Below, in pieces: positions 28,340 to 36,327 of a DNA stretch of 52,972 bases (positions are counted from its first letter, which is position 1; every line of letters starts with the position of its first letter). The translations under genes were made by a program, and so were the position numbers. The notes below the pieces were generated by a model. The model searched no databases. It saw only the letters and a program-made list of their open reading frames with translations, and was not told where the DNA came from. This DNA comes from Thermoplasmata archaeon (GTDB taxonomy: Archaea; Thermoplasmatota; Thermoplasmata; UBA10834): positions 1 through 52,972 of the forward strand of contig JACZKW010000112.1 in assembly GCA_014859835.1 (NCBI GenBank). Reading direction: 5' to 3'.

Positions 28340-29392
28340 ATGACTCCTGGGCGCACCATATTCATTTTATACCTTACTTTCACTCATGGCGTTGTGGCGA
28401 GTGAGGGAAGTGTGCCAGCGCGCAAGAAGAAACTATCCCCCGGGCTCCAATTTCTGAGGGATGCAGGCATAGCTTTGGCACTCGTCTTGAGCATCCTCGT
28501 CGTCATGTATGCATATACTGGTCTATGGCCACCGCTCGTGGTCGTCGAATCGGACAGTATGATGCACAGTAATGATAACACCAGCTACATTGGGGTAATC
28601 GATACCGGAGATCTGGTTCTGGTCAAGGACGTCGATTCCGTTACAGATATCCAGACATACATGGACGGCTACACCTCCGGGCACAAGACCTACGGAGATT
28701 ACGGAGACGTCGTCATCTACAGGGTGAACGGTCAGTTGACTAGCACGCCCATCATCCATAGGGCGATGATATACCTACAGGGCAACGCGGACGGGGTCAG
28801 CTACAGCGCGCCGTCCCTGAGGGATATACCCGATGAGGACAACAAGTGGAGCACTTCCAATCCCTCTGATACCTGGGATCATCTGACAAGCACACTCACG
28901 ATACGAAACGTTGGATACAGGGACACGTCCACATCGATCGACGTTGGCAGGATCATAACCGCATTCCGACAATATTCGACGCTTCCGAGCGGATACATCA
29001 CGAAGGGGGATCACAATCTCAATGTCGACCAATCTCTAGCGAGCAGATACAGCCCGGTCAAGTTGGATTGGGTAGTCGGCATCGCAAGAGGCGAGATGCC
29101 CTGGTTCGGACTTCTGAAACTGTGGGCTACGGACTCGCTCGGTAGCCCTGCCCCAGAGAACAGCGTTAGGAACCTCTGGATAAGCATGGCATTCATCGTG
29201 GCCGCACCCATCGTAGTCGATGTGGTGCTCACATTCAGAATAAGGAAGAAGATCGCCAGGAGAAGAGAGACGGCTCAACGCGAATTCGATACGCAGCGAC
29301 AAATCGGAGCGACGGAGCCAGTGAAGACACCTCCGCCGCCGCCTGAACCGCCTACGATGGAACCGATCCCGCCTCAAGATGAGAACTTATGA
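28340..29392 (+). CDS. Signal peptidase I, archaeal/ER type (S26B), with a C-terminal TM helix and a Pro-rich tail
   Basis: Catalytic boxes ESDSMMH (Ser), IIHRA (His) and KGDHNLNVDQ. C-terminal TM WISMAFIVAAPIVVDVVL and tail PPPPPEPPTMEPIPP. Confidence 0.75.
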   Translation: MTPGRTIFILYLTFTHGVVASEGSVPARKKKLSPGLQFLRDAGIALALVLSILVVMYAYTGLWPPLVVVESDSMMHSNDNTSYIGVIDTGDLVLVKDVDSVTDIQTYMDGYTSGHKTYGDYGDVVIYRVNGQLTSTPIIHRAMIYLQGNADGVSYSAPSLRDIPDEDNKWSTSNPSDTWDHLTSTLTIRNVGYRDTSTSIDVGRIITAFRQYSTLPSGYITKGDHNLNVDQSLASRYSPVKLDWVVGIARGEMPWFGLLKLWATDSLGSPAPENSVRNLWISMAFIVAAPIVVDVVLTFRIRKKIARRRETAQREFDTQRQIGATEPVKTPPPPPEPPTMEPIPPQDENL

Positions 29393-29401
29393 AATCTGGC
29401 C

Positions 29402-30637
29402 TTACATGAGGGTCGTCTGATACCTCAGCCTATAGTTCTTCAGCTGACCTAGGATCTCATCCTCTTCGAGAGACTTCTTGGCATCATGCTGTGGAACGCT
29501 GAGCTCAATCTCCTTCGTCCGGCCTCCGCGACCGAAGGATTTGACACGCGCGTGCACGAGTCCGAGCATGTCTAGTTCGGACACCAGGTCCGTCACCCTG
29601 CGCTGGGTCAATACCGCGGTCGACGTGCACAGGGAGAGTTCTTTGTAGGTCTCATAAAGGTCGCCGGTGGTCAGTTTTCCGCACCCGCGCTCACCACTGA
29701 GCACCACGCCCATCAATATCATCTTGGATTGCAGTGGCAGCGTACGTATGGCTTCGGTGACGCAGTCCAGTTCAATCTTGTTTTTTGCTTTGGTCACATC
29801 GGATTCGTTCACGACGGACAGATGATTCCTCTCTGCGATCTCCGCTGAGACTCTCAGCAGGTCCAGCGCTCGTCTGGCGTCCCCATGCTCCTGCGCGGCC
29901 AGCGCGGCGCAGAGAGGTATGACCGATGGCTCCAGGACGTTCTCCTCGAATACCAATGCGGACCTCTGCCCGAGTATGTCTCGCAACTGCTCGGCGTTGT
30001 ATGGAGGGAAGACCATCTTCTCCTCACTCAATGAACTCTTGACCCGAGGGTCAAGGAATTCGGTGAACTTGAGATCGTTAGATATGCCGATCACGCTCAC
30101 TTTTGCGTTCTTCAGGTCGTCGTTGATCCTGCATAGATGGTACAGCACATCATCTCCGCTCTTCGAGACGAGCTTGTCGATCTCGTCCAAGGCGATGACG
30201 ATGACCCTCCGGTCCTCGTCTATCTTCTCCCGCAGGATGTTATAGACGCGTTCCGTGCTCCACCCGGTGAATGGTATCCTCTGTTCGAAATCCTCGATGA
30301 ACTCGTTGCCGATGTTCTGCAAGACGCCGTATTGCGTATCCACCACTTCGCAGTTCATGTAGAGGAAGTGCACGTTGCGGAGGTCTGACCTGGCCTTTTC
30401 GATTTCCTTGCCGATATACTTGATGGTGGCGGTCTTTCCAGTTCCCGTCTTACCGAACAGCAATACGTTCGAGGGCCTCTGCCCTTCCAGGGCGGTGACG
30501 AGGATGGAGGCGAGCTGATTTATCTGCTCTTCCCTGTGCGGCAGCTCGTCGGGTATGTATGATGACCGCAACACATCCCTGTCGCCTTTGAAAATTGATT
30601 TGGACCTTATGTACTGTTGAAATATGGTGTCCTGCAT
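29402..30637 (-). CDS. cdc6: Orc1/Cdc6 replication initiator
   Basis: YIPDELPHREEQI, Walker A GKTGTGKT, Walker B ALDEIDKL and a C-terminal winged helix. The start is set at the ATG at 30637, because ORB-like elements occupy the longer ORF extension. Confidence 0.9.
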   Translation of the reverse strand: MQDTIFQQYIRSKSIFKGDRDVLRSSYIPDELPHREEQINQLASILVTALEGQRPSNVLLFGKTGTGKTATIKYIGKEIEKARSDLRNVHFLYMNCEVVDTQYGVLQNIGNEFIEDFEQRIPFTGWSTERVYNILREKIDEDRRVIVIALDEIDKLVSKSGDDVLYHLCRINDDLKNAKVSVIGISNDLKFTEFLDPRVKSSLSEEKMVFPPYNAEQLRDILGQRSALVFEENVLEPSVIPLCAALAAQEHGDARRALDLLRVSAEIAERNHLSVVNESDVTKAKNKIELDCVTEAIRTLPLQSKMILMGVVLSGERGCGKLTTGDLYETYKELSLCTSTAVLTQRRVTDLVSELDMLGLVHARVKSFGRGGRTKEIELSVPQHDAKKSLEEDEILGQLKNYRLRYQTTLM

Positions 30638-31023
30638 CGATAGCCCCCGAAAGCCAAAAGGTCTTTCCCCTCCCCGCTGCTTCCTGTGGAAGCCGTTCTC
30701 GGAATCCACTTGAAACGATGGGATTTGGGGAATGCGGGGCACCGTACTTAAGTGTTAATATTATCTACAAATCCCATTTTTCCCGCAGGCCCAGAATTTC
30801 CGGGTTTTGATTTGGCCAGCAAACCTCGAAAAATGTGCATTTTGATCATAACAGAGGAATGTATACACGCATACATCAGAGTAGAGGCCCCCCTTCATTT
30901 CATATGGAGGTGTTTTTCCGTCCCCTCAGCATACGGAGTGTAGAAAATTCCATCGGAAGGTTCGGTCGAGATACCCCCGTTTCCGGTCGAGTTCCGCCAT
31001 AGAATGCATTATCATTCACGATT
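30638..31023. other. Candidate replication origin (oriC) with ORB/mini-ORB-like elements and an AT-rich stretch
   Basis: TCCACTTGAAAC..GGG...GGGG at 30705-30730. Reverse-oriented C-run plus GTTTCC-like elements at 30888-30910 and 30973-30991. TTCC-N3-GGAAG elements at 30681-30693 and 30948-30960. AT-rich stretch at 30746-30781. Immediately upstream of cdc6. Confidence 0.45.
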
Positions 31024-32304
31024 ATGTTACATGGTTCACCTCAAATGCGCGCAGTCATACTATCAATAACCACAGACCTATCTGAACTGTACTCGCTGCT
31101 TCATACTCTGAAATACGAAATCGTGAAGGAATTCGTTCAGAAGCGCGACATCCCTCATAGTGCGAGCTATTTTGGCCCTGGGAAGATAGACGAGATTGTA
31201 GAAGAAATCAAGGGAATTGAGCCAGATGTCATTGTGATCAATGGTCATCTGAAACCATCACAACATCATGTTCTCGAGATGAGATTCCAGAAGGAGTGCA
31301 TCGATCGGGTTGGAGTAATCCTCAGAATATTCTCAGAACATGCTCAGACGCCTGAGGCAATCGCACAGGTGCAATTGGCCAGATTGAGATATGAACAACC
31401 GTTCTTGCGTGAATGGGTAAACAAGGCCAAGAGCGGTGAACGACCAGGGTTCCTATCTGGTGGTGGATATGCAACTGATGTGTACTATGAACATGCAAGA
31501 ACTCATATCAAACGTTTAGAGAAGAAGTTGATAGATATATCACAAGGCAGAGAAGTGAAGAGATTGAGACGTCATGAACAAGGTTATCTGCTTGTTTCAT
31601 TGGCTGGATATACGAATGCTGGGAAATCCGCTTTGATGAACGCATTATGTAGCTCAGACGTCGAAGTCAGTTCTGAACTATTCTCTTCTCTATCGACAAC
31701 GACCAGGAGAATCCCTGGAATGAAAGAGAATGTACTGATGATAGATACGGTTGGATTCATTAGAGATCTTCCTCCTGATCTCATCAATGCTTTCAAATCA
31801 ACCCTTGAAGAGATATTCTATTCAGATCTCGTCCTGTTCGTATTCGATTCAAGCGATGATTCTGATATTCTTGAGATGAAGATGAGGACTGCTTTTGACA
31901 TACTCCTTCCAAAGGTAGGCGATACACCAATCGTGGCTGTCGGTTCAAAGATGGATAAGATATCCTCAGAGAAGATAGAAAACTCACGTAAGATTATTCA
32001 AGGGATTATAGGAACAAGACAATTGATGTTCGTATCCTCCTTCACAAAAGATGGATTGAATCTGATAAGAGAGCGTATACATGAGATGCAGGGGAGGAAT
32101 CATGTCATCGAAGCATCACTCCCAATCGTGGATGAGAGTTACAGTCTGATTTCTAGACTTCATCCATTATCGGATGTCATCAGTGATATCTGGGAAGATC
32201 ATATTCGACTGAGCGTGAGATGCAATATCGATGATTCCGAGAAGATCATTGGTTGGCTGAGAGCATCAAATGGGACGATCCTCATTCAGCCCCCGCCCCT
32301 TTAA
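31024..32304 (+). CDS. hflX: GTPase HflX
   Basis: HflX N-terminal domain (QVQLARLRY), G1 GYTNAGKSALMNAL, G3 DTVGFI and G4-like GSKMDK. GC is markedly lower than in the flanks. Confidence 0.85.
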   Translation: MLHGSPQMRAVILSITTDLSELYSLLHTLKYEIVKEFVQKRDIPHSASYFGPGKIDEIVEEIKGIEPDVIVINGHLKPSQHHVLEMRFQKECIDRVGVILRIFSEHAQTPEAIAQVQLARLRYEQPFLREWVNKAKSGERPGFLSGGGYATDVYYEHARTHIKRLEKKLIDISQGREVKRLRRHEQGYLLVSLAGYTNAGKSALMNALCSSDVEVSSELFSSLSTTTRRIPGMKENVLMIDTVGFIRDLPPDLINAFKSTLEEIFYSDLVLFVFDSSDDSDILEMKMRTAFDILLPKVGDTPIVAVGSKMDKISSEKIENSRKIIQGIIGTRQLMFVSSFTKDGLNLIRERIHEMQGRNHVIEASLPIVDESYSLISRLHPLSDVISDIWEDHIRLSVRCNIDDSEKIIGWLRASNGTILIQPPPL

Positions 32305-32361
32305 TGAGGCAGTGTAGGGTGGAAATCCTCCAGTAGAACCACAGGGGGGCCTGTACGATGC

Positions 32362-32745
32362 CTAGAGCCCGAACCCCTTCTTGCGCTCCAATACACGATC
32401 TTCGAATCGCTGCGGCAGGGACCATGCGAGATACTCGATGTCGTCCAGGTTCCGTACGAATTTCGCCTTGCTCGGGGTCTTCATCAGGTTCTCGAGTTTC
32501 CTGGACTTCTTCACGTAATCATAGAGCCACCATATCCCAGAAACCAGGCCGATCGGGCCCATGATGACCAGCCAATACACCCAGGCTCCAAAAGGCGTCG
32601 ATATATCGCTCAGGAACGAGATGGATGATGGCAGCGAATCCTCAAAGAATACGCCGACGACTCCAACAAGTGTCACCAAAGCGAACACTATAACCATGAG
32701 CACGCTCAGCTCCAATCGATATTCAATAGTTATCCTCTTGGCCAA
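32362..32745 (-). CDS. Hypothetical two-TM membrane protein
   Basis: TTG start with GAGGTGA 5 nt upstream. TM helices LSVLMVIVFALVTLVGVVGVFF and WVYWLVIMGPIGLVSGIWWLY. Confidence 0.45.
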   Translation of the reverse strand: MAKRITIEYRLELSVLMVIVFALVTLVGVVGVFFEDSLPSSISFLSDISTPFGAWVYWLVIMGPIGLVSGIWWLYDYVKKSRKLENLMKTPSKAKFVRNLDDIEYLAWSLPQRFEDRVLERKKGFGL

Positions 32746-33006
32746 TCGCTCACCTCAGAGGGATGGTAATCTGAATAATGTTAAAAGGATTTGCTCCCAA
32801 CGTTTCTATCTATGCTCGGGTGATACACGTGGTGCGCAGCATCAAGAGCCCGATGCCACACCGGCTGCCAGGTGCCAATGATGGCACATACACGGATCGA
32901 TCGAACGGTGGGTCCGAGTGACCACCTCCCGATAATTGACAGAATCGCTCGCAGACCGCTACATGCAGCCCACATCCTATAGCATCCCCTCGCGAATCGG
33001 AAACGC

Positions 33007-33651
33007 ATGGGTCTGCCAGGACCGAGATGCAATGCCGCGATCGCCGCCCTCGTCATATCCTCCGTGCTGCTGCTCTCATACGGGATAGAAACGACTGTAC
33101 TGTCCATCGATGAGTTATCCTCCGAATTTGACGGGGCCAGGGTCATGACCCATGGCATACTCACGAGCCTGAAGCGATACGAATCAGGCACCGAGATCCT
33201 CATGTTGATCGACGAATCCGGGGAATCCTCGTTGAGGGTCGTCTGCACCCCCTCTGCAGCTCCTCCCCCCAGCAGCCAGGTGTCCATAGGTGACGAGATC
33301 AGAGTAGAAGGCGAGATCTCATTCGGCGAAGAAGGGCCCACCCTTTTTACCGTCTATGGCGAGATCGAACAGATATCCTCCTCTGAGAATGCGCTGGAAC
33401 TCTCCACACTCCGCGCATCCTGGCAGCTCTTCGAAGGCGATCGATTCGATCTGACAGGCCTTGTCGAGCATGATTCGGACGGGACCTATCGCCTGTTCGA
33501 CGAACACCGCGAATCGAGTATAGCGCTATGGCCTTGCGAATCTTTGGGGACTCTGCGGGACGGTTTCTGGATACTGGATTGCACACTGGTCTTTGATAGT
33601 GATGTATTTGTCACAGGTCTCCAAGTTTGGGCGATTCGCCCCGTAGCCTGA
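33007..33651 (+). CDS. Hypothetical N-terminally anchored protein
   Basis: N-terminal TM AAIAALVISSVLLLSYGI. The stop shares one base with the tiaS start (TGATG), which supports real translation. No recognisable family. Confidence 0.45.
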   Translation: MGLPGPRCNAAIAALVISSVLLLSYGIETTVLSIDELSSEFDGARVMTHGILTSLKRYESGTEILMLIDESGESSLRVVCTPSAAPPPSSQVSIGDEIRVEGEISFGEEGPTLFTVYGEIEQISSSENALELSTLRASWQLFEGDRFDLTGLVEHDSDGTYRLFDEHRESSIALWPCESLGTLRDGFWILDCTLVFDSDVFVTGLQVWAIRPVA

Positions 33652-35015
33652 TGGCAACCCTTTTGTTGGTTGCGGACGTTCGGCGAATTGTGCCCGGGAC
33701 AACGCTCGCCTTCGATGATACGGACTCACCCGAGGGTATGTGCACGACATACCTCGCAACCCTGATGCTAGACGAGTTGAGGGACTATGATCTCATAGGT
33801 CTGCCTAGGCTGGTGAGGCTGAACCCGAACGTCCCCTGGAAGACGAGGGGCAATGCTGCGGTGAGCATCCAGCTCGGGACTGGAACGGGGCGAGAGGCCG
33901 TCTGCGGTCACATCGGAGGCCGCACGATCAAGTATTTCAGAAGTGGCACTCTGGTCGACCCCGAACAACTTCTTGCCCGCGCGGCAGAGGTTCTGGAATC
34001 AAATGCCCGTTTCGAATATCATAGCACGAACCCCGGCATCCTATGCACATTGAATCGCCCGCCCCCTTCGCTGTATTGGAAGGCAGTGAGGGAGATAGTC
34101 CGACTGGAGGATGTAGAGACGATCCTTCGAGGATGCGGAGCCAAGTGGAAGGTGTACAAAGGTGGCAGAGGATTAATCGGGGCAGCTGCCGCTGCTGCCT
34201 GGAGGCCACGGGACCGCACATGGGAGGTCATCACTTACCGGCATCCTTCCATGCTCGGCAAAGAGAGGGTGATCGATGATGCCAGTGTCATTGTGATGGA
34301 CAAGAGCGTCGCGAGCACATTCAACAACTACGATCCTGAGAACGGCCACGTGGCGATAGTTCCTGGATCTCCCTGCCCTGTCCTATATGGAATCCGGGGT
34401 GATTCTCAGAGCGACCTTCTGCTCGCAAGCGACATGATCCGGGGCGAGAAGCCCGAACGATGGCTGATGTATCTCTCGAATCAGGGGACCGAGGACCATA
34501 TCGTCAGGAAGAGGATCCGCCAGCTTCGTCCCGGTGATTCGGTCAAGGTCGAGGCCCGCGTGACTACGATGCCGGTGACAATCCCTGGCGGTCATGTCGT
34601 CATCAGGATCTCCGACGGTTCAGAAATCGATGCGGTGTTCTACGAACCATCCAAGAGCTTCAGGGGTGTCGCCAGATCGCTGATTCCCGGGGACGAGGTG
34701 GTCGCTTTCGGATCGGTCAGGTCATCACCAAGGACACTGAATATCGAGAAGCTGCAGATCACGAACCTATCGCGGGATGTCAAAAAGGTGAGAAATCCGA
34801 CATGTGTGAAATGCGGGAAATCAATGGGGTCGATGGGCCGTGGCCAGGGCTTCAGGTGCAAGAAGTGCGGATCTCGCGCACCTGACTCCTCGTCGGTGAA
34901 AGTCGAGGAACCGAGGAGGTTGGCCCTTGGGTGGTACGAGCCCCCGATATCTTCTAGACGCCATCTTCACAAGCCGATTCGACGAATGTCGAAGGGTGCC
35001 ATCAACAAAATATAA
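33651..35015 (+). CDS. tiaS: tRNA(Ile2) 2-agmatinylcytidine synthetase TiaS
   Basis: N-terminal LAFDDTDSPEGMCTTYLA signature, and a C-terminal zinc ribbon CVKCGK...FRCKKCG. Confidence 0.8.
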   Translation: MATLLLVADVRRIVPGTTLAFDDTDSPEGMCTTYLATLMLDELRDYDLIGLPRLVRLNPNVPWKTRGNAAVSIQLGTGTGREAVCGHIGGRTIKYFRSGTLVDPEQLLARAAEVLESNARFEYHSTNPGILCTLNRPPPSLYWKAVREIVRLEDVETILRGCGAKWKVYKGGRGLIGAAAAAAWRPRDRTWEVITYRHPSMLGKERVIDDASVIVMDKSVASTFNNYDPENGHVAIVPGSPCPVLYGIRGDSQSDLLLASDMIRGEKPERWLMYLSNQGTEDHIVRKRIRQLRPGDSVKVEARVTTMPVTIPGGHVVIRISDGSEIDAVFYEPSKSFRGVARSLIPGDEVVAFGSVRSSPRTLNIEKLQITNLSRDVKKVRNPTCVKCGKSMGSMGRGQGFRCKKCGSRAPDSSSVKVEEPRRLALGWYEPPISSRRHLHKPIRRMSKGAINKI

Positions 35016-35084
35016 ATACAGATATTCGAATCAATTGACCACATCCTGCATCGACAGCCAGGGGTGCTGGGAGCGTGATAAACA

Positions 35085-36260
35085 ATGACACAACCGGTAA
35101 TCGCAAGTGCGACGAGGACTGCCATTGGCAAGTTCGGAGGAGCACTGAAGGACATGAGCGCACCACGTTTGGGCGCCGTGACTGTCAAGGAAGCCGTACG
35201 ACGCGCGGGAATCGAGCCAGAAGAGGTCGAAGAATGCATCATGGGCAATGTCCTGTCTGCAGGTCTGGGCCAGAACCCTGGTCGACAGGCCGCTCTTTGG
35301 GCAGGGCTGCCAGATTCCGTGTCTGCGCTGACAATAAACAAGGTCTGCGGATCCGGCATGAAGGCAGTGATGCTTGCCAGCGATGCGATTCTAGCCGGCC
35401 GTGAGAAGATCATCGTCGCCGGCGGCATGGAAAACATGTCGAACGCACCCTACCTTCTGGAGAAGGCGCGTTTCGGGTACAAGTTGTTCGATTCCAAACT
35501 CATCGATTCCATGGTGAGGGATGGTCTGTGGGACGTGTTCAACGATTTCCACATGGGCAACACTGGCGAGATAGTCGCACAGAAGCACGGCATCACGAGG
35601 CTCGAAGCCGACGAATTCTCATGTGGCAGCCACAAGAAGTCCATCGCCGCCATCAAGGCTGGGGCATTCAGGGCCGAGACGGTCGACGTGGAGATACCCT
35701 CGAAGAAGGGTAACATCATATTCTCGACCGATGAGGGCCCGCGAGAGGACACATCGATCGAATCGCTGGGGAAGCTCAAACCCGTGTTTCGCAACGACGG
35801 TGTCCTGACTGCTGGCAATTCATCGAGCATCAACGACGGGGCTTCGGCTCTAGTCATAATGGATGGGGAAGTCGCCCGCGAGAAAGGAATCACTCCGCTG
35901 GCCAGGATTGTAGATTATGTAACGACGGGAACGAAGCCGGAGCTTCTGATGGAGGCCCCGATCGATGCCGTTCGCAAGCTTCTCGAGCGGAACAAGCTGA
36001 CCATCAAGGATATCGACCTGTTCGAGCACAACGAAGCATTCTCGACAGCCTCGGTCGCCGTCATTCGCGCGCTCGACGTCCCTCTGGATCGGTTCAACGT
36101 GAACGGTGGCGCAGTCGCCCTCGGCCATCCAATCGGATGCAGCGGTGCACGTGTCCTGACCACGCTGGTTTATGCCATGAAGAACCACGGCGCGCACCGT
36201 GGCCTGGCAACCCTCTGTCTAGGTGGGGGGAACGCGGTCGGCATGCTGATCGAGATGTGA
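35085..36260 (+). CDS. Acetyl-CoA C-acetyltransferase (thiolase II, bacterial/eukaryotic type)
   Basis: NKVCGSGMKAV (active-site Cys), NEAFS, GGAVALGHPIGCSGARV and CLGGGNAVGMLIE. Confidence 0.9.
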   Translation: MTQPVIASATRTAIGKFGGALKDMSAPRLGAVTVKEAVRRAGIEPEEVEECIMGNVLSAGLGQNPGRQAALWAGLPDSVSALTINKVCGSGMKAVMLASDAILAGREKIIVAGGMENMSNAPYLLEKARFGYKLFDSKLIDSMVRDGLWDVFNDFHMGNTGEIVAQKHGITRLEADEFSCGSHKKSIAAIKAGAFRAETVDVEIPSKKGNIIFSTDEGPREDTSIESLGKLKPVFRNDGVLTAGNSSSINDGASALVIMDGEVAREKGITPLARIVDYVTTGTKPELLMEAPIDAVRKLLERNKLTIKDIDLFEHNEAFSTASVAVIRALDVPLDRFNVNGGAVALGHPIGCSGARVLTTLVYAMKNHGAHRGLATLCLGGGNAVGMLIEM

Positions 36261-36327
36261 TGTCGATAATCAGCAAACGTCATATGGGCGATCCCTGATA
36301 TCCTCCCCGAAGAGAAGTGAGTATTGC

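Noticed and set aside
30638-30742. A longer Orc1/Cdc6 start, adding 35 residues (MPRIPQIPSFQVDSENGF...).
   Set aside because: The extension has no similarity to Orc1 N-termini and coincides with the ORB-like boxes, so it is more parsimonious to treat it as origin or promoter DNA.
30745-32340. The low-GC hflX segment as an integrated mobile element or genomic islet.
   Set aside because: There is no integrase, transposase, tRNA target or flanking direct repeat. Only one conserved housekeeping-type gene is involved. It is kept as a compositional finding, not as a mobile element.
32878-32935. A possible C/D-box sRNA (AATGATGG near 32878). A similar ATGATGA occurs near 52771.
   Set aside because: No properly spaced D or D' (CUGA) boxes and no terminal stem are present, so the C-box-like heptamers are probably chance matches.
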